28,192 nucleotides of DNA from Gammaproteobacteria bacterium (GTDB taxonomy: Bacteria > Pseudomonadota > Gammaproteobacteria > GCA-002705445 > GCA-002716945): contig JBJKYD010000007.1 of NCBI GenBank assembly GCA_045561295.1, forward strand, positions 1 to 28,192, written 5' to 3'. The notes below the pieces were generated by a model. That model saw only the letters and a program-made list of their open reading frames with translations. It ran no database searches and was not told the origin of the DNA. Every line of letters starts with the position of its first letter. Within the stretch, counting starts at the first letter, position 1. Made by a program: the position numbers and the translations under genes. Shown here one piece after another: positions 11,489 to 19,888 of the stretch.

Positions 11489-12403
11489 ATGAAAAGAATT
11501 TTTTATTTTATTGTAGTCAACATCGCAATACTATTTGTTTTAAGCATCTTTCTGTCACTTACAGGCTTTACCGGCATTCTTCAGTCGAATGGTGTGGATC
11601 TTGATTATGATTCACTTATGCTATTTTCACTGGTTTTTGGTATGGGCGGTTCATTCATATCCCTATACATGTCTAAGTGGATGGCCAAATCCATGGCAGG
11701 TGTCAAATTAATTACTAATCCATCAAATGAATTTGAAAGATGGTATTTAGATGTCGTAAAAAAACAATCAGCACAACTCGGATTAAAAATGCCAGAGGTT
11801 GGAATGTTCAATTCTCCCCAACCGAATGCTTTTGCTACTGGTTCATCCAAAAATAGTTCATTAGTTGCACTAAGCACAGGGCTTGTTAGCGCAATGAGTA
11901 GGGATGAAATCGAAGCTGTAATAGGTCATGAAATGAGCCATGTTGCAAATGGTGACATGATAACGCTCACACTCATACAAGGAATAGTTAATGCCTTTGT
12001 AATATTTTTCTCCCGAGTAATCGGTCATTTTGTAGATAGAGTTATCCTAAAAAATGAGAGAGGATATGGTATAGGTTATTTTTTCACTGTAATATTCGCA
12101 CAAGTGGTACTAGGGATACTTGCATCAACTATAGTATGTTGGTTCTCAAGAATGAGAGAATTTAGAGCAGATATTGGCGGTGCTCAACTAACTTCTAAAA
12201 CTAAAATGATTAATGCCCTTAAAGCACTTGAGCGCCAAGTAGCAGCACCATTACCAGATCAAATGTTAGCATTCGGTATATCTAATAAAGGACAATCTAG
12301 TACGTTGAAAAAATTATTTTCTACTCATCCACCTTTAAGAAAAAGAATAGAAGCTCTAGAAAATTCTGATATCGAATCTGTGCCGCAAGAACAACTTAAT
12401 TAA
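11489..12403 (+). CDS. htpX: Membrane zinc metalloprotease HtpX
   Basis: PNAFATG, HEMSH (HExxH), SRMREFRAD, LFSTHPPL. Confidence 0.96.
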   Translation: MKRIFYFIVVNIAILFVLSIFLSLTGFTGILQSNGVDLDYDSLMLFSLVFGMGGSFISLYMSKWMAKSMAGVKLITNPSNEFERWYLDVVKKQSAQLGLKMPEVGMFNSPQPNAFATGSSKNSSLVALSTGLVSAMSRDEIEAVIGHEMSHVANGDMITLTLIQGIVNAFVIFFSRVIGHFVDRVILKNERGYGIGYFFTVIFAQVVLGILASTIVCWFSRMREFRADIGGAQLTSKTKMINALKALERQVAAPLPDQMLAFGISNKGQSSTLKKLFSTHPPLRKRIEALENSDIESVPQEQLN

Positions 12404-12969
12404 TGGTCGATCATTCACTTCTCAGAAATGGCAACAAAGTTCTTGTTGATAATCAACCCTATGTAATCATGGATACAGACTTTGTTAATCCAGGCAAAGG
12501 CCAAGCGTTTACTAAAATTAAGATAAAAAATCTTTTAAATAAGAAAACTATTGAAAAGACTGTTAAAATTGGCGAAGAACTCAATGAAGCAGATGTTCTT
12601 AACACCTCAATGCAATTTCTCTATCAAGAATCAAACACTTTATTTTTTATGAATCTTGAATCTTATGAACAGATTGAATTAAATGTATCTTCGATAGACT
12701 TCGATCCTAGATGGTTAAATGATGGTGATGAATGTAACGTCACAATCTGGAATGAAGCTATCATAGATGTTGAGCTTCCTAATTTTGTTGTATGTAAAGT
12801 TACATCGACAGAAAGTGTTGCAAAAGGAGATACTGTATCATCCACACTTAAAGATGCAGAATTAGATAATGGTATTACTGTAAAAGTTCCTGCATTCATC
12901 AAACAAGGTGAGGACATTAAACTTAATCCAAGTACTGGCGAATATTCATCAAGAGCAAAAAATGACTAA
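12403..12969 (+). CDS. efp: Elongation factor P
   Basis: PGKGQAF loop, KGDTVS, VKVPAFI, TGEYSSRA; TAATG overlap with htpX. Confidence 0.95.
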   Translation: MVDHSLLRNGNKVLVDNQPYVIMDTDFVNPGKGQAFTKIKIKNLLNKKTIEKTVKIGEELNEADVLNTSMQFLYQESNTLFFMNLESYEQIELNVSSIDFDPRWLNDGDECNVTIWNEAIIDVELPNFVVCKVTSTESVAKGDTVSSTLKDAELDNGITVKVPAFIKQGEDIKLNPSTGEYSSRAKND

Positions 12970-13342
12970 AGCGCAAGAACGCAGAAAAGCTGTTGAACAA
13001 GCTATACAAGAGCATAAAGCAAAAAAAAATAAATACATAATAGCTGCAGTATTTTGGTTTCTATCAAGTTTATATATATATTCAAATGATGCGGGCTTTT
13101 CTGATGTTTATTCTTTAAAGCCATTTGTTTACTTTATAGTAGGTCCAGTCTTTGCATCTATTGTATTCGGTAACATCATGTTCTTCATGCAAAAAATAAT
13201 AGAAAAAGGCGTAATTGGTTTTTTCGGAAAGAATTCTCAAAACCTTGTTTTACCCGTGATCTCATTCGTATTCTTTTGTGCATTAGTCGGAATGTTTATT
13301 GTAATATTTAAATTTGCTGAACTACTACAAACCATTATCTAG
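12962..13342 (+). CDS. Hypothetical membrane protein (~126 aa, 3 TM)
   Basis: ATG at 12962 overlapping efp end; basic N-terminal helix then three hydrophobic segments. Confidence 0.7.
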   Translation: MTKAQERRKAVEQAIQEHKAKKNKYIIAAVFWFLSSLYIYSNDAGFSDVYSLKPFVYFIVGPVFASIVFGNIMFFMQKIIEKGVIGFFGKNSQNLVLPVISFVFFCALVGMFIVIFKFAELLQTII

Positions 13343-13418
13343 ATAAAATCAGATAAAACTAACCTGTTTTTATTTATCAATTAAATTAATAGATACAATA
13401 ATATTAGAATCATGTATT

Positions 13419-13748
13419 ATGATTTTTATGCCTATACTTATGAGAGACATATTATTACCAGTTCTTATATCAACTGTCTATTGGCTAGCTTTATATAATG
13501 GCGTCTTATTTCTTAACCTTTTTGTTTTTGTTGTATTATCTATTGTTTATGTTTATTACTGCAAATGGGTTAATGCGAATTATGAGCATATGTTTTCTCA
13601 AGAGTCTGTTGATGAAAAACTTAAAGACATGAATGGATTCTCAAGACGTATTATTACAGGAATATGGGTATCACACTTTGCATTCTTCTTCTTTGGGGGA
13701 ATAAGCTTAGGTGTTTCAGTACCTTTTATCATCTACTTCAATTTGTAA
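13419..13748 (+). CDS. Hypothetical membrane protein
   Basis: 109-aa ORF with 3 hydrophobic segments filling the gap between genes. Confidence 0.65.
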   Translation: MIFMPILMRDILLPVLISTVYWLALYNGVLFLNLFVFVVLSIVYVYYCKWVNANYEHMFSQESVDEKLKDMNGFSRRIITGIWVSHFAFFFFGGISLGVSVPFIIYFNL

Positions 13749-13782
13749 ATAATAGTTAATATTATCAATATCGTAATAGACC

Positions 13783-14928
13783 ATGACTGATATATATGAA
13801 CAAGCAAAAGACAAATTAAATAACTTTATAAAAAATGATATTCTTACTTACTCTAAGAATAGAAACTATGATTATGGACCTAAAAATAGATCCAATGTAT
13901 CTCATCTATCAAAATACATAACCCATCGTGTCATCAATGAATATGATGTTATTAATTTAGCACTATCAGAGTACTCTTTGTCAAAAATAGAAAAATATGT
14001 TCAAGAAGTATTTTGGAGAGTTTATTGGAAAGGATGGTTAGAACATAGACCACAGGTATGGAATGATTATTATGAATATTCAGACAACAATCTAAATATT
14101 GAAGACTATAAAAAAGCTATCGAAGGAACAACAGGAATAGTATGCTTTGATGATTGGGTAGAGGAATTAGTAAATGAAAACTACTTACATAATCACACAA
14201 GGATGTGGTTTGCAAGCATATGGATATTTACGTTAAATCTACCATGGCAATTAGGCGCTAATTTTTTTATGAGACATTTACTGGATGGTGACAGCGCTTC
14301 GAATACTCTCAGCTGGAGATGGGTAGCGGGCCTTCAAACAATTGGGAAACATTATTTAGCAACCGCGTCTAATATCAGTAAATTTACTAATAATGTTCAT
14401 AAACCGCAAAACTTAAATGAAGATGCATTGCCACTCAATGAAAACAAAACCTATGACTTGATAGATATAAACTATTCTACTTTAGAACAAAGCAGTGATA
14501 CGCTTCTAATAGCTGATAATAATCTTTCTTTGAAAAATCATGAAGATATCTATTCAAAATACAAACATATCTATTTGTTGTACCTTTCTAATGAATGTAG
14601 AAACATCGAGCTCAGTGAAAATGTATTGAATTTTAAACATTCAATACTTCAAGATTTTTCTAATAAATATTCTAAATCACAAATAATAAATGGAAGTGAT
14701 TTAAAAAAAGAGATGAATATAACTCAGAACATAGATGTTATTTATCCATGTATTGGAGAAAATCATTCATTTTTAGAAAATAACAAAAATAATTGCAAAT
14801 TAAATTATATCTATGGACAAGAGGATTTGTTCTGTTGGAAATATGCAAAAAAAGGATTTTTCAATTTTAAAAAGAATATACCATTGATTATTGATAAAAT
14901 TATCAAATCAAAAGATTTTTTTATCTAG
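13783..14928 (+). CDS. Short DNA photolyase-like protein, FAD-binding domain N-terminal (NewPHL-like topology)
   Basis: VSHLSKYI, QEVFWRVYW, YLHNHTRMWFAS, LLDGDSASN, WRWVAG FAD-domain motifs start at the N-terminus; 381 aa. Confidence 0.85.
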   Translation: MTDIYEQAKDKLNNFIKNDILTYSKNRNYDYGPKNRSNVSHLSKYITHRVINEYDVINLALSEYSLSKIEKYVQEVFWRVYWKGWLEHRPQVWNDYYEYSDNNLNIEDYKKAIEGTTGIVCFDDWVEELVNENYLHNHTRMWFASIWIFTLNLPWQLGANFFMRHLLDGDSASNTLSWRWVAGLQTIGKHYLATASNISKFTNNVHKPQNLNEDALPLNENKTYDLIDINYSTLEQSSDTLLIADNNLSLKNHEDIYSKYKHIYLLYLSNECRNIELSENVLNFKHSILQDFSNKYSKSQIINGSDLKKEMNITQNIDVIYPCIGENHSFLENNKNNCKLNYIYGQEDLFCWKYAKKGFFNFKKNIPLIIDKIIKSKDFFI

Positions 14929-14943
14929 GCAAGAGCATACACT

Positions 14944-15411
14944 CTAGAAGCCTTTTTGTTTTGCAAAGGCAGCATAGTTCTTTTTACCAATCGCTATTTT
15001 TAGACTCATCTTGTAACTGGCTTTTTGATCATCTATACAAATTACTTTGCTCCTAACTATATTTTGATCATCATAAATCCCAGTTAAGGTGTCAATATCT
15101 ATGCTTAGTAGAATTTTATTTTGACTATCATCTAATCTTTTATAAATATTAATCTTTTGATCCAAATTATAGCTCCTAAACACATCAATCTCGCCATCAT
15201 GGTAGTCTACTACCAAATCTTTGTAGCCTCTGTCTATCCACCATGAAACTATATGGACATGATCATCTAAGAATTTTAAGGAAAAATCTACAGTATTATT
15301 GGAAGTATCTGAAAAACTACATAGATACTCAGTAGTGGATAGGTTTCTTTTATCGATATTAGAGCAATTACTCAATAAGATTATAGAAAAGAAAATTAAA
15401 AAGATTTTCAT
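14944..15411 (-). CDS. Hypothetical lipoprotein
   Basis: MKIFLIFFSIILLSNC lipobox-like signal peptide; 155 aa. Confidence 0.65.
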   Translation of the reverse strand: MKIFLIFFSIILLSNCSNIDKRNLSTTEYLCSFSDTSNNTVDFSLKFLDDHVHIVSWWIDRGYKDLVVDYHDGEIDVFRSYNLDQKINIYKRLDDSQNKILLSIDIDTLTGIYDDQNIVRSKVICIDDQKASYKMSLKIAIGKKNYAAFAKQKGF

Positions 15412-15417
15412 TAGTTA

Positions 15418-15579
15418 TTATTTCAACATCAAGGTAAGGATAATACCCGTAAACATTACTATAGATAAAGAAGCAAGAACGGGTAATTTTTTCATTATAC
15501 CTTTTCTCCAGAAATCAGGCTCTTTTCGCCATGTATCTGTGTCTTTCCAAAATGCTGAATCTTTTTTATTTTCTGTCAT
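15418..15579 (-). CDS. Small single-pass membrane protein (53 aa), not in ORF track
   Basis: Manual translation MTENKKDSAFWKDTDTWRKEPDFWRKGIMKKLPVLASLSIVMFTGIILTLMLK; ends 6 nt before the lipoprotein ATG on the same strand. Confidence 0.6.
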   Translation of the reverse strand: MTENKKDSAFWKDTDTWRKEPDFWRKGIMKKLPVLASLSIVMFTGIILTLMLK

Positions 15580-15653
15580 AATTTCAGTTATTTATATTAT
15601 CATATTATTTTTTTAAAACTTAAGCTCAGATAAATTTATTGCTAATATGTCAT

Positions 15654-16835
15654 ATGTCAAATAAATATGATGTCATCATTATTGGTGCTGGTGCTGCAGG
15701 GATGATGTGTGCCATTGAATCTGGTAAACGTGGAAAATCTGTCTTGCTGGTAGATCATGCTGCTAAAATTGCAGAGAAAATAAGAATATCAGGTGGCGGC
15801 AGATGTAATTTTACAAATATAAATACGAACCCTAAAAACTTTATTTCACAAAATCCTAATTTCTCAATTTCTGCACTAAATCAGTACACACCACATGATT
15901 TCATAGAACTCATTAAAAAACATAATATTGCTTATCATGAGAAAACCCTTGGACAGCTTTTTTGTGATCATAAATCTCAATTAATTATAGACATGCTATT
16001 GTCCGAGTGTAACCAAGCTAATGTTAAAATTAAAAAAAGTTTTGTTGTAGATAAAGTTGAAAAAGTAAATGATGACTATATTGTCATCAACAATAATGAT
16101 AAGTATTTTTCTAAATCACTTGTTATTGCTACAGGAGGTCTTTCAATTCCAAAAATTGGAGCTACTGATTTTGGATATAAAATAGCCAGTCAATTCAATT
16201 TAAATATTGTTGAAACACAACCCGCATTAGTTCCATTAACTTTCACAGATGAAATATTATCGTTATGCAACGAATTAAGCGGATTATCACTTAATGCAAA
16301 TATTTCTCAAGGGAATATATCTTTTGAAGAGGGAATGTTATTCACACATAGAGGGCTGAGTGGTCCCTCTATACTGCAGATATCGTCTTATTGGTCGCAA
16401 GGCGATAGTATAAACATTAATTTATGCCCACGTGATAATCTAGGTGAAATTCTTCAAGATAAAAAAAATACTAAACCAAAACAAAATATCATTAGTATTT
16501 TATGTGAGTTTCTTCCAAAAAGATTAGCGATGATTATTTGTGATAAAAATAAATTTAAAGGGAATATTTCTGAATTATCAAAACAATCATTAGATAAAAT
16601 TAATAATATTATAAACAGCTGGCGTGTAACCCCAAAAGGATCAGAAGGTTATCGTACTGCTGAAGTTACAAGAGGTGGTGTTGATACTGATGAAATATCA
16701 TCAAAAACTATGATGTGTAGGAATCACCCAGGACTATTTTTTATAGGTGAGGTTGTGGACGTTACAGGCCATCTTGGTGGATATAACTTCCAATGGGCAT
16801 GGTCATCTGGATTTGTAGCAGGCCAATATACTTAG
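15654..16835 (+). CDS. yhiN: YhiN/HI0933-family FAD-dependent oxidoreductase
   Basis: GAGAAG, ISGGGRCNFTN, ATGGLSIP, LFTHRGLSGP, AEVTRGGV, GGYNFQWAWSSG; probable start ATG 15654. Confidence 0.92.
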   Translation: MSNKYDVIIIGAGAAGMMCAIESGKRGKSVLLVDHAAKIAEKIRISGGGRCNFTNINTNPKNFISQNPNFSISALNQYTPHDFIELIKKHNIAYHEKTLGQLFCDHKSQLIIDMLLSECNQANVKIKKSFVVDKVEKVNDDYIVINNNDKYFSKSLVIATGGLSIPKIGATDFGYKIASQFNLNIVETQPALVPLTFTDEILSLCNELSGLSLNANISQGNISFEEGMLFTHRGLSGPSILQISSYWSQGDSININLCPRDNLGEILQDKKNTKPKQNIISILCEFLPKRLAMIICDKNKFKGNISELSKQSLDKINNIINSWRVTPKGSEGYRTAEVTRGGVDTDEISSKTMMCRNHPGLFFIGEVVDVTGHLGGYNFQWAWSSGFVAGQYT

Positions 16836-16856
16836 CCAAAAAGAGATAAATATTGC

Positions 16857-17159
16857 TTAGCTATCACCTTCTTTAACAAATATCCCATCTATCATCTTGC
16901 CTTTACGATCTTTTATGTCCGCGTAAGCAACTTTTAAGCAATCTTTCATTGTTAAGTTATTTCTTACCATAATATTAATCAAAACCACCATCATATCTCC
17001 AACATCATCACGAATATCTTTCCCTTTACATAAGCTATCTGATAATTCACCAGCCTCTTGAATCAATTTAAGATATTGATCTTTATCTGTACTGCCTTCT
17101 ATTAGATTTCTATCCCTGTGCCATTGTCCAATTAATTCTTCATAATTTAATTCTGTCAT
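16857..17159 (-). CDS. MazG-like nucleotide pyrophosphohydrolase
   Basis: KLIQEAGEL...DDVGD acidic motif, AYADIKDRKG; 100-aa single domain. Confidence 0.85.
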   Translation of the reverse strand: MTELNYEELIGQWHRDRNLIEGSTDKDQYLKLIQEAGELSDSLCKGKDIRDDVGDMMVVLINIMVRNNLTMKDCLKVAYADIKDRKGKMIDGIFVKEGDS

Positions 17160-17222
17160 TATCTCTCTCTGATTTATCTTTTAATATTTATAACTATTTA
17201 AATTAAAGTTTACAATAATAAC

Positions 17223-17250
17223 TTGTATTCTGCTGCATGAAGTGTAAATT
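17223..17250 (+). promoter_or_regulatory. Candidate sigma70 promoter for the DEAD-box helicase
   Basis: TTGTAT (17223-17228), 16-nt spacer, TAAATT (17245-17250). Confidence 0.35.
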
Positions 17251-17367
17251 GAGCACAGTTATCAGCTACCAATTACGTAACTCAAGATAAGCCCGCAAAT
17301 CAGACATAGGTAGCTTTCGGTGAATATCTTCAGAAAGACGATTATTAATCTAATAGCAAGGAAATAA

Positions 17368-18795
17368 ATGAATAATTTTGAAAGTTTCGGGTTATCTAAG
17401 AAAATGAATAATGCATTGGTAGATATGAAATTTATAACACCAACGCCTATTCAACAAAAAGCTATTCCAATTGTGCTAAATGGATCGGATATATTAGGAT
17501 CTGCCCAAACTGGTACAGGCAAGACTGCAGCTTTTTGTATACCGATTATCGAGATGCTATCAAAAGATGAAAAATCCATGGCTTTAATAATGATGCCAAC
17601 GAGAGAGTTAGCTAGACAAGTAATAGATGTTATCAATCAACTTACTAATAATGGTGATAAAATTAAATCTGCTTGTTTGATAGGTGGCGAAGCAATGAGA
17701 ATTCAAAAGAAGCAGCTTAGCAATCATCCAAGAATAATTGTCGGTACACCAGGTCGTATCAATGATCACTTAGAGAATAAAAAAATAAATTTAAAAAGTT
17801 GTATTTATTTAGTACTAGATGAAACTGATAGGATGTTAGATATGGGTTTTGGAAAGCAAATCGATCAAATTTTTAAGTATCTTCCAGAGCAAAAACAAAC
17901 TTTGCTATTTTCTGCTACATTGCCTGATAAAATTATTCAGCTATCAAAAAAGTATCTATCAAGCCCTAGAAGAGTAGATATAAAGGCTGATAACGTACTA
18001 CTGACAAACATTGAGCATGATATTTTAAATATTGATCATAATAAAAAATATAAAGAACTATTAGATCAGCTTGCTAAACGTGAAGGTTCAGTTTTAATTT
18101 TTGCTAAAACTAAATTTGGAACACAAAGAATGGCTAAAAAATTATGTGAAGACGGATTTAAGTCTGATGCATTAAATGGCAATCTTAATCAAAACAAAAG
18201 AGACAAAGTAATGTCTGATTTTAGACTTAAAAAATTCAAAGTATTAGTTGCAACTGATATTGCATCTAGAGGACTTGATGTTGATCATATTGAACATGTT
18301 ATAAACTATGATTTACCACAGGTTGCTGAAGACTATATACATCGAATTGGACGAACAGGTAGAGCAGGGTCCAAAGGATCAACTATTTGCTTCGTTTCAC
18401 CTGAGGAGCAAAGTATCTGGGATGAAATTTATTATTTACTCAATCCAAATACTGCAAAAAAACCAAAGAGAAATAATAATAGCCGAGCTGATAGAAAAAG
18501 AAATTCTGAGTTAAGCAGAAGAAAAAAACCAACAAGAAGTTTTTCTAAAAGTAGCGGCCCTAGAAGACGTGACGAATCCTCAGGAAAGAAGGACACTAGA
18601 AAAAAATCTGAAGAAAAAAAATCAACAAGAAGTAATTCTAAGAGACCATCAAAAAATTTTAAATCGTCTGATAAGAGCAGTAATAAATCAAAAAGATATG
18701 TAGGTAAAAAAACTAATCCTAAGAGACCAATTAGAAAACTATCATTAAATAAGATGAAATCTAGATCAAAATCTTCCCGGTCTAATAGTAAATAA
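17368..18795 (+). CDS. DEAD-box RNA helicase with basic C-terminal tail
   Basis: Q motif TPIQ, AQTGTGKT, PTRELA, TPGR, DETD, SAT, RGLD, HRIGRTGR; AAGGA SD upstream. Confidence 0.95.
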   Translation: MNNFESFGLSKKMNNALVDMKFITPTPIQQKAIPIVLNGSDILGSAQTGTGKTAAFCIPIIEMLSKDEKSMALIMMPTRELARQVIDVINQLTNNGDKIKSACLIGGEAMRIQKKQLSNHPRIIVGTPGRINDHLENKKINLKSCIYLVLDETDRMLDMGFGKQIDQIFKYLPEQKQTLLFSATLPDKIIQLSKKYLSSPRRVDIKADNVLLTNIEHDILNIDHNKKYKELLDQLAKREGSVLIFAKTKFGTQRMAKKLCEDGFKSDALNGNLNQNKRDKVMSDFRLKKFKVLVATDIASRGLDVDHIEHVINYDLPQVAEDYIHRIGRTGRAGSKGSTICFVSPEEQSIWDEIYYLLNPNTAKKPKRNNNSRADRKRNSELSRRKKPTRSFSKSSGPRRRDESSGKKDTRKKSEEKKSTRSNSKRPSKNFKSSDKSSNKSKRYVGKKTNPKRPIRKLSLNKMKSRSKSSRSNSK

Positions 18796-18822
18796 TAATT
18801 TGAAAATTTAAATTGGCGCTTT

Positions 18823-19272
18823 TTATATAATTAATGAAGAGTGATGAACCTTGATTTTTAGACCAGTCTCACTAGACTTTAATACAAAAGTAAACGCTAC
18901 TCTCATAGATTCATCTGAATTGACTAATTTGAAATCAAGGATACCCATAATTGCAATAAGATCCTTCTCTATGACTGTATTTGTCTCATTAATATTTATA
19001 CTTTCATATGCTTTTAAAGCAAAACCAGTATCTTCTGAATATTTGCCACCTATGAAATAAGAAAGGGCTTCATCAGTTGAATTCCTAAATATAGTCTTAT
19101 TAGTTAATGTAGGTTTGAACAAAACTCGCTCTTCATCAAATAGATAATGTTTATTGATAAATTCAAGCGCTATAGCCTTATAATCATCATTTTTTTCATA
19201 AGCAGTTCGAATCATTGAAAGACCATCTGCCCATGATGTAACAAACTCTAATAAATCTTGTTTTGTTGGCAT
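18823..19272 (-). CDS. COG4337-like NTF2-fold protein, candidate iota-class carbonic anhydrase
   Basis: VLFKPTL, ALSYFIGG...EDTGFAL, AIMG and C-terminal HHSSL motifs; probable start ATG 19272 (track 19287). Confidence 0.7.
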   Translation of the reverse strand: MPTKQDLLEFVTSWADGLSMIRTAYEKNDDYKAIALEFINKHYLFDEERVLFKPTLTNKTIFRNSTDEALSYFIGGKYSEDTGFALKAYESININETNTVIEKDLIAIMGILDFKLVNSDESMRVAFTFVLKSSETGLKIKVHHSSLII

Positions 19273-19341
19273 AATTATTAATCTCAATACTCTAAGTACT
19301 AGCTATTAAAACATTTTATTGATTCTTTGTATTGTCAAAAC

Positions 19342-19503
19342 TTATTTTATTAAAATCATAGTAAATAAATAAATCACTCCAATAACGAAGGTAAATGAAA
19401 CAGCACCCGCAAGTAAATAGCTAGTTCCTTTATTTAAATACTTATTATTTAATAAAGCAACAGCACTTATAAATATTAAAATTAAAATAAAAGCTAGAGC
19501 CAT
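19342..19503 (-). CDS. Small two-helix membrane protein (53 aa), not in ORF track
   Basis: Manual translation MALAFILILIFISAVALLNNKYLNKGTSYLLAGAVSFTFVIGVIYLFTMILIK; starts 5 nt after the upstream gene's stop. Confidence 0.5.
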   Translation of the reverse strand: MALAFILILIFISAVALLNNKYLNKGTSYLLAGAVSFTFVIGVIYLFTMILIK

Positions 19504-19508
19504 AAGTA

Positions 19509-19877
19509 TTAAAAAGTATATTTAGTGTTTATTACAATCCAGTTAAGATCCCTTCCAACTGATTTCATTTTACTACGATAGTTAACATTTAGCTTGAGAG
19601 AATTAAAAAACGTCTTAGTAACACCAAATCTCAGATAATCATATGAAGCACCGGAGCCAATTGGTGTTCCCTCATTAATATCTTCGCCAAAACCTACTTC
19701 ACCAAATAGTCTATATTTATCCAAAACGACGCTTTTTCCTACTTTGATATGATGTGATGTTTTATAGTAGCTAGAGTCACTGAACCATAATTCTTGTCTT
19801 GTTGCTATATAACTATCAGCACTTAGATTTGGTACTGAGACTACAAGCAAGAAAAAAATATATAATATATTACGCAT
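19509..19877 (-). CDS. Small exported protein, possible outer-membrane beta-barrel
   Basis: Signal peptide, alternating beta-strand pattern, C-terminal KYTF; AAGGAG SD. Confidence 0.6.
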   Translation of the reverse strand: MRNILYIFFLLVVSVPNLSADSYIATRQELWFSDSSYYKTSHHIKVGKSVVLDKYRLFGEVGFGEDINEGTPIGSGASYDYLRFGVTKTFFNSLKLNVNYRSKMKSVGRDLNWIVINTKYTF

Positions 19878-19888
19878 TTATTTCTCCT

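Noticed and set aside
15299-15616. 105-aa plus-strand ORF
   Set aside because: Antisense to the lipoprotein and the 53-aa ORF; no motif or SD.
16857-17159. MazG-like gene as part of the defence island
   Set aside because: Lies ~4 kb outside the att boundary among ordinary genes; more likely house-cleaning.
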